DNA of 64,000 nt from an uncultured Gemmatimonadales bacterium (lineage in GTDB: Bacteria; Gemmatimonadota; Gemmatimonadetes; Gemmatimonadales; Gemmatimonadaceae): assembly GCA_963793305.1 (NCBI GenBank), contig CAWBZV010000003.1, positions 832,001 to 896,000 of the forward strand, read 5' to 3'. The position numbers and the translations under genes were made by a program. Numbering within the stretch: position 1 is the stretch's first letter; each line of letters starts with the position of its first letter. Shown one piece after another: positions 29,445 to 38,582 of this stretch. Below the pieces are notes generated by a model. The model did not search any database. It had not been told where the DNA came from and saw only the letters and a program-made list of their open reading frames with translations.

Positions 29445-31034
29445 CTATTTCGAGGCCACGACCTGCTGCGACCGGTGCGTATAGGCTTCGAGCCACCCGG
29501 GGAGGACAGGCGTACCCTCGATGACTGCCCCGGCCAGGAGGCCCGGGTTGAGACCGATCGCCCAGAGGGCAGTTGTGGCCACGGATCTCGTATCTACGGG
29601 CGCGTCGATGTGCGTCTCCGGAACGCCCGGCAGGAACAGAAGAATCGGCAGCTCGACGTCGTAGTCGTGGAACCCGCCGTGGTCCTCGAGCGCCGTCGTG
29701 CCGATCGGATCGTAGATCACGCCAGGCTGCGGCAGCACGATGATGTCGGGCGTGCGGCTGTCCTGGAGAGGGCTCGGAAATCCGGGGAAGCCGGCGTTGC
29801 CCGCGGTCAAGCTGGTGCCCCACAGGATGTGCTGCGCGCCGTTCGTGGCCGCGTTGAGCTGAATCTTGTCGACGGCCGCCGAGGTCAGGTCTTGATTGCT
29901 GAGCCAGAGAAGCCCGATGTCGTCCAGGGTCGAGCCGGCGACGAGATTCGGGGCGACGCTGTCGACCTGCGTCTGGAGCAGTGTGTCGGCGATGATGTGC
30001 TCCGTCGGCGGCAGAATCGGTCCTTGTCCGTGCTTGGCGGTGACGATGATCAACGTCTCATTGGCGACGCCGGTCGCGCGCAGCTGGCCTTCGAACTTGC
30101 CGAGCGTGCTGTCGACGTAGTCGAGCGCTTTGCCGAGCTGCACCGAGGGCGTGTAGTCGGCGTGGTAGTAGCCGTTCACGGTCTCGCCGGTCGAGACGGA
30201 CTGGAAGTCCATGCCGAAGATCGCCGGCACGCCAATGTGCTTCGTGCCGGTGTGATCGAGCCCTTTGCACCAATTCAGCACGTAATTGACTTTCATGCTG
30301 TCGTACGTGATGTCGTCGTTGACATCGTGGGTCGCCGAATTGCCAGACGGCAGCGTGCCCGCGACCTCGAGGTTGGCGAGATCAGTCACGCCTTTGCCGG
30401 ACGGACCTTCGACGATCGTGTACGCGCCGATGTGCTTGTCCGACCACGCGGTCACGTAGCCCGCCTCGTGCGCGACCTCGAAGATGTTGTTCACGCGCAC
30501 GTACTGCCACGGATAGACCGGCGTGCAGCCGTTATTGGGATCGCGCGGCAACGCGGCCGTGTTGATGCCACCGCCGCCATCGAGGCGCGTGGAGTTGATG
30601 TCGATCGACTCGTCGAACGTGACGGTGGTGCCGACTGTAGAGCAGTTCGAGCCCGGTGGCGAGAGCTGCCGATCGTAGCTGACATCGTACCACACGCCGG
30701 TCGTCGCGGCCGACGCGCCGCTGATGAGCTGCTGGAGCCCGGGGAACGAGTCCGAGGGTTTCGAGCCGGTGACGTTGCTGTACGTGACGCCGCTCTTCTC
30801 CCATTTGGCGAGCACGGAGTTCGGATGCGTGGCGACGTAGTGCGTGAGATCGCCGTTGTGCATCCCATCGACCGAGATCAGGAGCACGTGCTTGATCACG
30901 TGCAGGCCGCCGGTCCCGGATGCGTCCGCGACCGATTCAGATGCGCTTGGCGCGAGCGGCTTGCTCGAATCGCACGCAGCGAGCCCTACGCCGGCCATGA
31001 GCGCGAGTCCCGCGTAGATGACTTTTAGTTGCAC
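29445..31034 (-). CDS. Alkaline phosphatase superfamily lipoprotein (type I phosphodiesterase / nucleotide pyrophosphatase-like)
   Basis: LAAC lipobox; HVLLISVDGMH, PSDSFPG, IIVTAKHGQ, EDHGGF. Confidence 0.88.
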   Translation of the reverse strand: MQLKVIYAGLALMAGVGLAACDSSKPLAPSASESVADASGTGGLHVIKHVLLISVDGMHNGDLTHYVATHPNSVLAKWEKSGVTYSNVTGSKPSDSFPGLQQLISGASAATTGVWYDVSYDRQLSPPGSNCSTVGTTVTFDESIDINSTRLDGGGGINTAALPRDPNNGCTPVYPWQYVRVNNIFEVAHEAGYVTAWSDKHIGAYTIVEGPSGKGVTDLANLEVAGTLPSGNSATHDVNDDITYDSMKVNYVLNWCKGLDHTGTKHIGVPAIFGMDFQSVSTGETVNGYYHADYTPSVQLGKALDYVDSTLGKFEGQLRATGVANETLIIVTAKHGQGPILPPTEHIIADTLLQTQVDSVAPNLVAGSTLDDIGLLWLSNQDLTSAAVDKIQLNAATNGAQHILWGTSLTAGNAGFPGFPSPLQDSRTPDIIVLPQPGVIYDPIGTTALEDHGGFHDYDVELPILLFLPGVPETHIDAPVDTRSVATTALWAIGLNPGLLAGAVIEGTPVLPGWLEAYTHRSQQVVASK

Positions 31035-31146
31035 CCTTCCCCCCAGTATGAGTGGAGCCCAGGGTACTGGGATGGCGTGTCACTCTATTGACGCGGGGTT
31101 ACCGAGTGAGTCCCACAGCCGTAACACCAAGCGCTGCCGTGGTATA

Positions 31147-31161
31147 GGGCATGCGAATTGC
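31147..31161 (+). promoter_or_regulatory. Putative sigma-54 promoter
   Basis: GGGCAT-GCGAA-TTGC fits TGGCAC-N5-TTGC with exact GG-N10-GC spacing, 13 nt before ATG 31175. Confidence 0.5.
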
Positions 31162-31174
31162 GGCCCGGTCTGGC

Positions 31175-31360
31175 ATGATGACCGACAAAGAGTCACGGTC
31201 CCGGGAGCCGGTGGTTCCGACGGTTGATCCGAAGGAGAAAACGAAAGCTGATCAGAAGAAGGCCAAGCGGCGCGAGCTGGGCGGTGATGCGGATCGGGGG
31301 CTCGATACTGGGGAGTTCGAGCCGTTCGACGACAAACGGGCGCCGGACTCAGGTACGTAG
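31175..31360 (+). CDS. Small highly charged hypothetical protein (61 aa)
   Basis: Purine-rich coding-like ORF filling the gap; preceded by a sigma-54-like motif. Confidence 0.55.
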   Translation: MMTDKESRSREPVVPTVDPKEKTKADQKKAKRRELGGDADRGLDTGEFEPFDDKRAPDSGT

Positions 31361-32089
31361 TGCGTGGTGGACCGCGATCCCGCCGTACAGGTGGGAATAG
31401 ACTCGCTCCACGGCGAAACCGGCCTCGGCGAGCGCGGCGTTGAACTCCGGGATCGAGACGAAGTGGTCGACTGATCGGGCGATGTAACCGTAGACGACTG
31501 GCTCTCTATGCCAGAGCCAGCCCACGGTATTGCCCGCGGCGCTCAAATAAGCCAGGAAAACCTGGCGCCACACGACGTTCGTGGGGCGATAGAAGTCGAG
31601 CGTCAGCAATCTCCCGCCGCGTCGTAGCACTCGCGCGATCTCTCGCAGTCCTCGGCGAAAATCCGGCACGTTGCGGAGCGCGTAGCCGGCGGTGACGATA
31701 TCGACCGATGCATCGCTCACATCGAGCGCGGTCATGTCGCCGACCACGAACGAGGGGGACAGCGGCCCGTGTGATCGCTGCGTCGCCGCTTCGATCATTC
31801 GGGGGGATGCGTCCAGGCCGGTGACCTGAGCGCCTTTCGCGGCGAGCGCAAACGTGAGATCGCCCGTCCCACAGGCGAGATCGAGTGCGCGCGTATTCGG
31901 GCCCACATGCGACTCGAGCTCGCTCAGCAGCTGGGATTTCCAGTGCCGATCGAGCCCGAACGAAAACAGTCGCGTGAACTCATCATATCGTGACGCGATG
32001 ATATCGAACATCGGCGTCACGAATTGCTGCTTGAGCGCTGGATCAGTTAAGTGCCGCTCCAGGGACATCCCCCGGAGCGAACTTTTCAT
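31349..32089 (-). CDS. ubiE: UbiE/MenG family C-methyltransferase
   Basis: MFDIIASRYD, SFGLDRHWK, ALDLACGTGD, YALRNVPD. Confidence 0.85.
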   Translation of the reverse strand: MKSSLRGMSLERHLTDPALKQQFVTPMFDIIASRYDEFTRLFSFGLDRHWKSQLLSELESHVGPNTRALDLACGTGDLTFALAAKGAQVTGLDASPRMIEAATQRSHGPLSPSFVVGDMTALDVSDASVDIVTAGYALRNVPDFRRGLREIARVLRRGGRLLTLDFYRPTNVVWRQVFLAYLSAAGNTVGWLWHREPVVYGYIARSVDHFVSIPEFNAALAEAGFAVERVYSHLYGGIAVHHALRT

Positions 32090-32090
32090 C

Positions 32091-32366
32091 TCAACCAATG
32101 AGCCGGCGCGGCTCCCTGGTTGTCTGATCTCCCGCCGTTTCCGATCGCGTGGGCGCGGTGGTGTTCGTCGTATCCGCGCGACCCGCGTTCACCTGGTCCT
32201 GCTGGGGCGCCTCATTGATCGCTTCTTTGACGCCCGACAAGCTGCCTTTGAACTCCCTGATTCCCTTGCCGAGGGAGCGGCCGAACTCAGGCAACCGCTT
32301 GGCCCCGAAGAGCAAAAGGATGATCAACAGCAGGAGCAGAATTTTTTCGATACCGATCTCACCCAT
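32091..32366 (-). CDS. tatA: Twin-arginine translocase subunit TatA/E
   Basis: N-terminal TM followed by LLFGAKRLPEFGRSLGKGIREFK. Confidence 0.95.
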   Translation of the reverse strand: MGEIGIEKILLLLLIILLLFGAKRLPEFGRSLGKGIREFKGSLSGVKEAINEAPQQDQVNAGRADTTNTTAPTRSETAGDQTTREPRRLIG

Positions 32367-32400
32367 GACCGCCTTCCCGAAGTAGAGAGCGATCTGAAAC

Positions 32401-32619
32401 TTACTTCGGGACGCCGGCCTCGCGGAACTGGGCCAATGCGCTGCGGGAGACGGAGATCATCCCGCCGCACTCCGGGCAGACATCAACGGTCACGTTGGGG
32501 ACGCGAAGCCGAGTCCGGTTTACCGTGACGGTCCGCTGTTGGGTATGCGTACGAACGAGGGAATCGCAGTGGGGGCAGACGGCCGACTCTTGCCGGCGCG
32601 CCATTGTCATCGAGGGCAT
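32401..32619 (-). CDS. YgiT/MqsA-type zinc-finger protein (stand-alone)
   Basis: CPHC...VPNVTVDVCPECG; AGGAG RBS upstream. Confidence 0.8.
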   Translation of the reverse strand: MPSMTMARRQESAVCPHCDSLVRTHTQQRTVTVNRTRLRVPNVTVDVCPECGGMISVSRSALAQFREAGVPK

Positions 32620-32675
32620 TTAGTTAACTCCTATTAGGTCTCGCACTGGGCACTACGTGCGATCGTACAAGAAAG

Positions 32676-32860
32676 TTTTGTGGCTCGCTTCGCTTCGCCA
32701 AAATCGAGGGGCCGGTCCCGCGTAATCTCCGGTCAAGTCTCCTAAACGCTTCGTCCAGCTTCGCCAGCCAAGTCGCTCACACGAACGCTTTGTCCAGCGT
32801 CGCCCGTTCAGGGGTCCTTCCCCCCTCAACACTTTGGGCGAGCGAAGCGAAGCCCAAAGC
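32676..32860. other. Structured intergenic element (candidate ncRNA or REP-pair/MITE)
   Basis: ~35-nt imperfect terminal inverted repeats, each self-hairpinning around GCTTCGC; internal 21-nt direct repeat (32745-32765 and 32784-32804). Confidence 0.5.
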
Positions 32861-32877
32861 ATATTTTCACTCTATAA

Positions 32878-32894
32878 GACGCCCGAAAGGCGTC
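32878..32894 (-). terminator. Hairpin downstream of lipoprotein gene
   Basis: GACGCC-CGAAA-GGCGTC, 7 nt past the stop at 32902; weak U-tract. Confidence 0.45.
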
Positions 32895-32901
32895 GAAGGT
32901 T

Positions 32902-33333
32902 TTAGTCGGATTTCTCGCCCGGTGTTCCCGCCACCGCGTGCGTTTTCCCAGACAAATCGTCCGCACTCCACGTGTAGTTGCCAAACGTCATCGTGGAGTC
33001 GCTATCGCCAGCGTCAAAGATGACGGTGACGCTCTTGAGCGACGACTTATGCTGATAGTGCGCGACCGCATACTCGGCGACATGCCGGGCGAGCGTCGGC
33101 GGATCCGTCGTATCGCGCTGAACCGAATCGGGCTTGGTCGTATCGACCTTAGCCGGCGGAATGACGAGAATCAGGTGGCTCCTCCGGTCGACCGAGACCA
33201 TGATGGGCCGCCCAAACTCATGCGCGATATCCTTGCCGAGCGCCGAGACCTGCTTGACGGGCCGACAAGCAGCGAGCGCTAGCGTCACGCCAGAAATGGC
33301 GTTTATGGCGTTTCGAAAAGAGGATCTCCGCAT
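32902..33333 (-). CDS. Hypothetical lipoprotein
   Basis: MRRSSFRNAINAISGVTLALAAC lipobox. Confidence 0.7.
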   Translation of the reverse strand: MRRSSFRNAINAISGVTLALAACRPVKQVSALGKDIAHEFGRPIMVSVDRRSHLILVIPPAKVDTTKPDSVQRDTTDPPTLARHVAEYAVAHYQHKSSLKSVTVIFDAGDSDSTMTFGNYTWSADDLSGKTHAVAGTPGEKSD

Positions 33334-33488
33334 ACATTTGTGAGACGCACACCCGGTGCAGCGGCAACCGGGGAACATTTGTGTTCTTTGGAAAAAAATA
33401 CGCCGCCGAGGCTGCTCTTTGATTATCTTGTTCGCACTTGATGTCCGGCTTTTCCGTAGCCGGCACACCACTTAACCGGGTCCCCATA

Positions 33489-34407
33489 GTGAAGCATGCC
33501 AAGGCGACGGCCGGACACCTCACGCAACCGGCCGCCGGCGGGGATGTCCCAGGCGCGGACATCCTCGACTTGTACATTGAAGAATTACGTCGTACCCCCG
33601 TTATCTCCGCACAAGCCCAGAAGGATCTCGCCCGTCGCATGCGCAATCCGCGCGTCTCGACCGGCGATCGCGCGCGCGCGCGCGAGGAGTTGATCACCGC
33701 GAATCTCCGGTTCGCGTTTTCAGTCGCGAAGAAATACCAGAACCGCGGTCTCCCGCTCGATGATCTGATCAGCGAGGCGAACGCGGGCCTGTGCCGCGCC
33801 GCGGATAAGTATGATCCCGACGTCGGCGTGAATTTCATCAGCTACGCCGTGTGGTGGATCAAGCAAGCGATCCTGTCGTCCATCACCACCACGGGTCGCT
33901 CGGTCCGTCTGCCCCTGGGGCGCGCGGCCGATGTGGCGCGTCTCGGCAAGGCGCAAACCGCGCTTCGCCAGGCGCTCAATCGCGAGCCCACCGTCGACGA
34001 GGTCGCGCGCGTCTGTGGTCTGTCGGTCGAAATGGTGCAGAGCCTTTCGGCCCTCGCGTATCCGGAGCGGTCGCTCGATGAGCCGGTGTCGCGCAATGGG
34101 TCGGAAGATGGTGGCGCGACGCTGGCCAATTTCGTGGCCAGCGAAGATGACGATGGGCTGCCGCCCGGGTTCGATGAGCGGGCGCGCCGCGAGGCACTCT
34201 GGAGCGCGCTCGAAGAGTTGCCGCCGCGCGATCGCCGCATTCTTGGCGCTGTACTATGGCCTCGAGACCGGCGAGCCCCTGACGCTCGAAGAGATTGGTC
34301 AGATCTTCGGCGTGAGCCGCGAGCGGGTGCGTCAGCTCCGCGACCGCGCGCTGGCCCGTGTGCGCCGCGGCGTGGCCGCGTCTACGCTCCGGGATTGGGC
34401 GGCGTAA
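33489..34407 (+). CDS. RpoD/RpoS-like (group 2) sigma-70 factor lacking region 1.1; +1 frameshift near 34243
   Basis: Region 1.2 DILDLYIEEL; region 2 ANLRF..VAKKYQNRGL..FISYAVWWIKQAI; region 4 TLEEIGQIFGVSRERVRQL in the next frame. Confidence 0.92.
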
Positions 34408-35845
34408 ACACAGATATTTCTCCGACGCTGTAGGCCTCCCGCATGTGCGCGCTCACGTCCTGGCGCACACGCGGGTCTGGCCCGGCGACAATCACATAAT
34501 CGTACTGCGCCAGGATCCGCTCCCAGTCGAGCGGCTCTCGGCGTTCCACAGGCCCGCCATCCCACCCCTGCGGGTCGTACAGACTGCCCGTCTCCTCGAA
34601 GTACGGCATGAAGCTCTCTTTCGGCCACCCGAACAACCCGGGCTCGCGGCCGCCGCGTTCGATCTGGTACCAGAACGCGAAATGCCGATACGGGAGCACG
34701 CGTGGTCCCCACCGCAGGTCGTCGGCAACGAGCGGCAGCACGTTCTTCGCCGGCGGGAGTTGGTTGAGGGCCGCCGCGTAGTCATCGAGCTCGTGATCGA
34801 TCGCGTGGTCCGAGCGCGCGAGTATCGCCGTGTTGATCAAACACGCGACGAGCAGCGTCATGACCATGCGGAGACTCACGGGTTTCGCGTTCGGACTCGT
34901 GAGAGTAAACGGCAACAACACCGCGGGCACGAGCCACCGCATATCGAGATACCCAGCGCCGGGCAGGTTCGCGGGAAAGACAAAGTACAACGCCAGAAAT
35001 GCCAGCACAGCGAGCCCCCACGTCGTCTTGAGCGAGGGCCGCGGATTCGTGCGCAGAAAGAGCCCGAGCGCGAGCACATAGGTTGCCGTCGCGACAACCG
35101 CCTGGGTGTATCCGAACACATAAAACGGCGTGAAGAGATTCCGGATCTTGGACCACGCCGTGCCGAAATGCGTGAACTTGTGCGTCCCCGGCGCGACGAT
35201 CGGCGTCAGCGCGGCCTGCAAGAGGAAAAACGCCACGAGCACCAGGGTGATGCCGATGACACCCTTCCAGCGTCCGTCGCGCCAGTTGAGCAGCATGTCG
35301 AGCCAGATGACGACGAGGACGATGAGCGGCGCCGAGAGGTGGAAGAGATACGCGACGATAATCCCGAGCGAGAGTCCGGCGAAGCGCGCTGGAGACAACG
35401 CGGCCCTATGCGGCCACCACGCCGCGAGCCACGCCAGCGCGATCCCGATGCCGATCGTGTAATTCATGAAGCCCACGTGGGTAAAAAACCCGAAGCCCAC
35501 GAGCACCCCCACGAGTGCCCAGCCGACGCTCTCCCGATTCACTGCCCGCAGCAGCAGGTAGAACCCGATCGGGATGGCCGTGACCACGAGCACGGCCGTC
35601 ACCCGCAGCGTCATCTCGGGCGAGAGCACCGTCGCCAGCGCGGCGCCGACGAGATCGAGGCCCAAGTACGGACTCGGGATCGCGTGCAGCCGCACGTACG
35701 GCGCTCCGTGTCCGGTCCACGCGTGGGCCATGAGCACCCACCGCGTGAGGTGATTGACCGAGTCCTCGAATGGGAAATTGTTACGGAGCGAAAGGGCCAC
35801 GCCGACGTTCGCGGCGAGGCCGACCAGGAAGGCGCCAAAAATCAA
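34382..35845 (-). CDS. Multi-pass membrane protein, possibly a GT-C-type glycosyltransferase
   Basis: About 11 hydrophobic segments; PFEDSVNHL acidic motif after TM1; GFMNY; soluble C-terminal domain; start uncertain. Confidence 0.65.
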   Translation of the reverse strand: MIFGAFLVGLAANVGVALSLRNNFPFEDSVNHLTRWVLMAHAWTGHGAPYVRLHAIPSPYLGLDLVGAALATVLSPEMTLRVTAVLVVTAIPIGFYLLLRAVNRESVGWALVGVLVGFGFFTHVGFMNYTIGIGIALAWLAAWWPHRAALSPARFAGLSLGIIVAYLFHLSAPLIVLVVIWLDMLLNWRDGRWKGVIGITLVLVAFFLLQAALTPIVAPGTHKFTHFGTAWSKIRNLFTPFYVFGYTQAVVATATYVLALGLFLRTNPRPSLKTTWGLAVLAFLALYFVFPANLPGAGYLDMRWLVPAVLLPFTLTSPNAKPVSLRMVMTLLVACLINTAILARSDHAIDHELDDYAAALNQLPPAKNVLPLVADDLRWGPRVLPYRHFAFWYQIERGGREPGLFGWPKESFMPYFEETGSLYDPQGWDGGPVERREPLDWERILAQYDYVIVAGPDPRVRQDVSAHMREAYSVGEISVFTPPNPGA

Positions 35846-36017
35846 ACGGCGCTTCGCTTCGCTCGCGCTAACGGCCGCGCTGGACGTGGACGTTCTCGCC
35901 TCGCTGGCGTTGATCGCGGTTGCGTTCGCTGACGCAGAGGTTCCAGTCAGTTCGCCTGTGGTTAATCATACGGCGGGGAAACAGTTGCAAGAGTCGAGCT
36001 TGTTCGTCCCAAAACAG

Positions 36018-37736
36018 ATGACCTCCGACAATAGCGGACTCAAGCGCTCGCGATCGATCGCCGAGCGACTGTGGATCGGGTTCGCGGGTCTCCTCGTGCT
36101 CTTGCTCGCGGCGGGCGCGATCGGCTGGTCAGCGCTCCATTACCTATCCATTGCCGTCAAAGACTCGGTGTCGGGCGTCCAAAGCGACGCCCAGCTCGCT
36201 TCGCGCCTTTCGAGCGACGTCGCGCGCGAAGTCGATGCCGCCGGCCGGCTGCTCGACACGCAAGGCGACTCGGTGGCGGCCGAGTACCGGTCGCTGAGCG
36301 AGAACGCGCACGCGATACAGCACGAGATGACGACGCGCCACGATCAGACCGCGGTCGAAGTGGCGCTCCTGGCCGATGTCGATGCCAAGCTTTCCCAGCT
36401 CGAGGTGCGTTTCTCGCTCGCCCACGTCCTCCACGCGCTCGGCCGGGCCGATGCCGCGGTCACCGAGCGCTCAGCCGCCCGCCCGCTCGTCCGCGCCGTG
36501 CTCGATGACCTGGATCGCCTCGCCCAACTCAAGGCCACGCGCGAGCGCGAGCAATCGGTCCGCTTGGGCGATGACGCCGCTCGCCGCGCTTTTCTTTTCG
36601 TGCTCGCCATTCTCGCCGCGATGGCGCTCTCGCTCCTGGTCGTCCGCGGCACGGTGCGCGGCATAGCGGGTCCGCTCCAGCAGCTCCTCGCGCACGCACA
36701 GCACCTGAGCGACGGCGACCTGACCTCACGCACAACTACCTCGCTGCCCGGCGAGTTCGAGACGCTGGCCACGGCCCTCAACCAGTCGGCCGAGTCGCTG
36801 GCGAAGGTCGTCGGTGTCGCCACCGCGACGGCCGAGAGCGTGGCCAAGTCCGCACATGATCTCACCACGGTGGCCGAGCAGATCTCGAACGCGGCGTCGC
36901 AGACGGCCGACTCGATGGGCGAAGTCACCGCGGGCGCCACGAGTCAGGTCGAGGCGCTGCACCGCATCGACGCGCTGCTCAAGGGTGTCACGGAGCGGAC
37001 CACGGGCGTGCGTACAGGCATCGAAGAAGTCACTCAGATGGCTGCCGATGTCGCAAACTCCGCCACGGCGAAACGTGAAGAGGTCGAGCGCGCGCTCGGC
37101 ATCCTCAAGGACGTGCGCGATACCGTCCAGCAGGCCGCCACCGAGGTCTCCGCGCTCACGGCGAGCACAGATGATGTGAACCGGTTCGCGGGCCTCGTGC
37201 GCGGGATCGCGGACCAAACGAATCTCTTGGCGCTCAACGCCGCCATCGAGGCCGCCCGCGCCGGTGATGCTGGCCGCGGGTTCAGAGTCGTCGCCGACGA
37301 AGTCCGCGCGCTCGCCACGCAGGCCAGACAGGCAGCCGAAGACATTGCCCGCACGACGGGCGACGTCAGCGCGCGCGTCGTTGGCGTATCCCGCGCGATG
37401 GAAATAGGCGTGTCACGCGTAGCCGAGATCGCCAAAGTCACGCGCGATATCGACGCCGCCCTCGCCACCGTCGGCGAGTTCGCCGGCCGCACCCGCGCCG
37501 CCGCCAACGGCGTCACCGAGGCCGCCGGCCAGAGCATGGCCGCGGTCCAGGAAGCCGCACTCGGCCTGGGCTCGATCGCCCGCACGGCCGAGGGTTACGC
37601 CGCGGCTGCCCAGGAAGTCAGTGCCTCGACCCAAGAACAGAGCGCCGCCTGCGAGCAGATGACCTCGGCCTCGGCCGAGCTGCTCGATGGCAGCACACAA
37701 CTCCGCCAGATCGTTCGCACACTCCGCGTCGCGTGA
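36018..37736 (+). CDS. Methyl-accepting chemotaxis protein
   Basis: 2 [43 protein letters not shown]. Confidence 0.95.
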   Translation: MTSDNSGLKRSRSIAERLWIGFAGLLVLLLAAGAIGWSALHYLSIAVKDSVSGVQSDAQLASRLSSDVAREVDAAGRLLDTQGDSVAAEYRSLSENAHAIQHEMTTRHDQTAVEVALLADVDAKLSQLEVRFSLAHVLHALGRADAAVTERSAARPLVRAVLDDLDRLAQLKATREREQSVRLGDDAARRAFLFVLAILAAMALSLLVVRGTVRGIAGPLQQLLAHAQHLSDGDLTSRTTTSLPGEFETLATALNQSAESLAKVVGVATATAESVAKSAHDLTTVAEQISNAASQTADSMGEVTAGATSQVEALHRIDALLKGVTERTTGVRTGIEEVTQMAADVANSATAKREEVERALGILKDVRDTVQQAATEVSALTASTDDVNRFAGLVRGIADQTNLLALNAAIEAARAGDAGRGFRVVADEVRALATQARQAAEDIARTTGDVSARVVGVSRAMEIGVSRVAEIAKVTRDIDAALATVGEFAGRTRAAANGVTEAAGQSMAAVQEAALGLGSIARTAEGYAAAAQEVSASTQEQSAACEQMTSASAELLDGSTQLRQIVRTLRVA

Positions 37737-38389
37737 TGATCGTACTGTTGCAGGACCCCTCCGGTAACGCCGCCGCGCAGGTGCATCAGATTCTCGGGAC
37801 AGCCGTCCCGAATGTGTGGGTGACCGCGGGTATCACCGTGGGCCTGCTCGCGCTCGTGAGCTACCTGCTGCGCGTGCCGCACCAGTATCCCCTGCGGGGC
37901 GCGGTCATGGCGCTCACGACACTCGCATTCCTCTGCTGCGGCATTGTCCTCGGCATGCAGATCTGGGGCATAGTCCAACAGAAACTGCCCGACGTGCAGA
38001 ACGTGAAGGCCGATATCAAAGCGGTGGAGCAGCACCAGGTCGACAAGCAACCGGTGGGTGCGCTCAGTACGTACGTGCCGCCAATGCCGGGCACGGACTC
38101 CGCGACGAGTCACGTGCAGCCATCGATGAACGGCTTACCCTCGGGTACCGTCTGGGACGAGTACACAAATCAGTCGATCGCCGAGGTCGTGAAGTACTAC
38201 GCCGACGAAGAGAATCGCCCCGGGTGGCAGGTCGAGTTCTCGGCCCCGAACGGCATGGTCTTGCGCCGCGTCATCACCGCGATGGGACAACCCGAGGAAG
38301 AGCGCCTGCGCGTCCTCGCACGGCCCAATATCGACCGGCACGGCAAGAAGACCGAGATCGAGTTCGAGCTCACGAGGCGATTGAAATGA
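37733..38389 (+). CDS. Hypothetical membrane protein (2 TM plus external domain)
   Basis: GTGA overlap with the MCP stop; GC3-rich codons. Confidence 0.7.
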   Translation: MMIVLLQDPSGNAAAQVHQILGTAVPNVWVTAGITVGLLALVSYLLRVPHQYPLRGAVMALTTLAFLCCGIVLGMQIWGIVQQKLPDVQNVKADIKAVEQHQVDKQPVGALSTYVPPMPGTDSATSHVQPSMNGLPSGTVWDEYTNQSIAEVVKYYADEENRPGWQVEFSAPNGMVLRRVITAMGQPEEERLRVLARPNIDRHGKKTEIEFELTRRLK

Positions 38390-38582
38390 AAAAAACCTGG
38401 CCGTTGCTGCTCGAGTTTCGATCCGGGCAGCCATAGTATCAACGGAAAAGTGCGCGACTCGTCCTCGACGCTCTTCCACCATCGCTCGATTCGGCTCGAG
38501 TTCGTGTTCGACGAGCAGGGCAGACTTCGTCAGCGGACGATCAGGAGCGGCGCCAAAGGGTAGTAATTATACTTGGGCCCAC

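Noticed and set aside
29475..31028. Long antisense ORFs (also 7659-8945, 20067-21284, 34358-35932, 38952-40679)
   Set aside because: Shadow frames of well-supported genes in high-GC DNA; Arg-rich and motif-free.
32745..32804. Mini CRISPR array or guanidine-II riboswitch
   Set aside because: Only two 21-nt units with an 18-nt gap and no cas genes; loops are not ACGR tetraloops and there is no SMR-type gene downstream.
32653..32862. 69-aa ORF with a repeated WTKR motif
   Set aside because: The repeat follows from the nucleotide-level direct repeat; no RBS and atypical codons, so the structural explanation is stronger.
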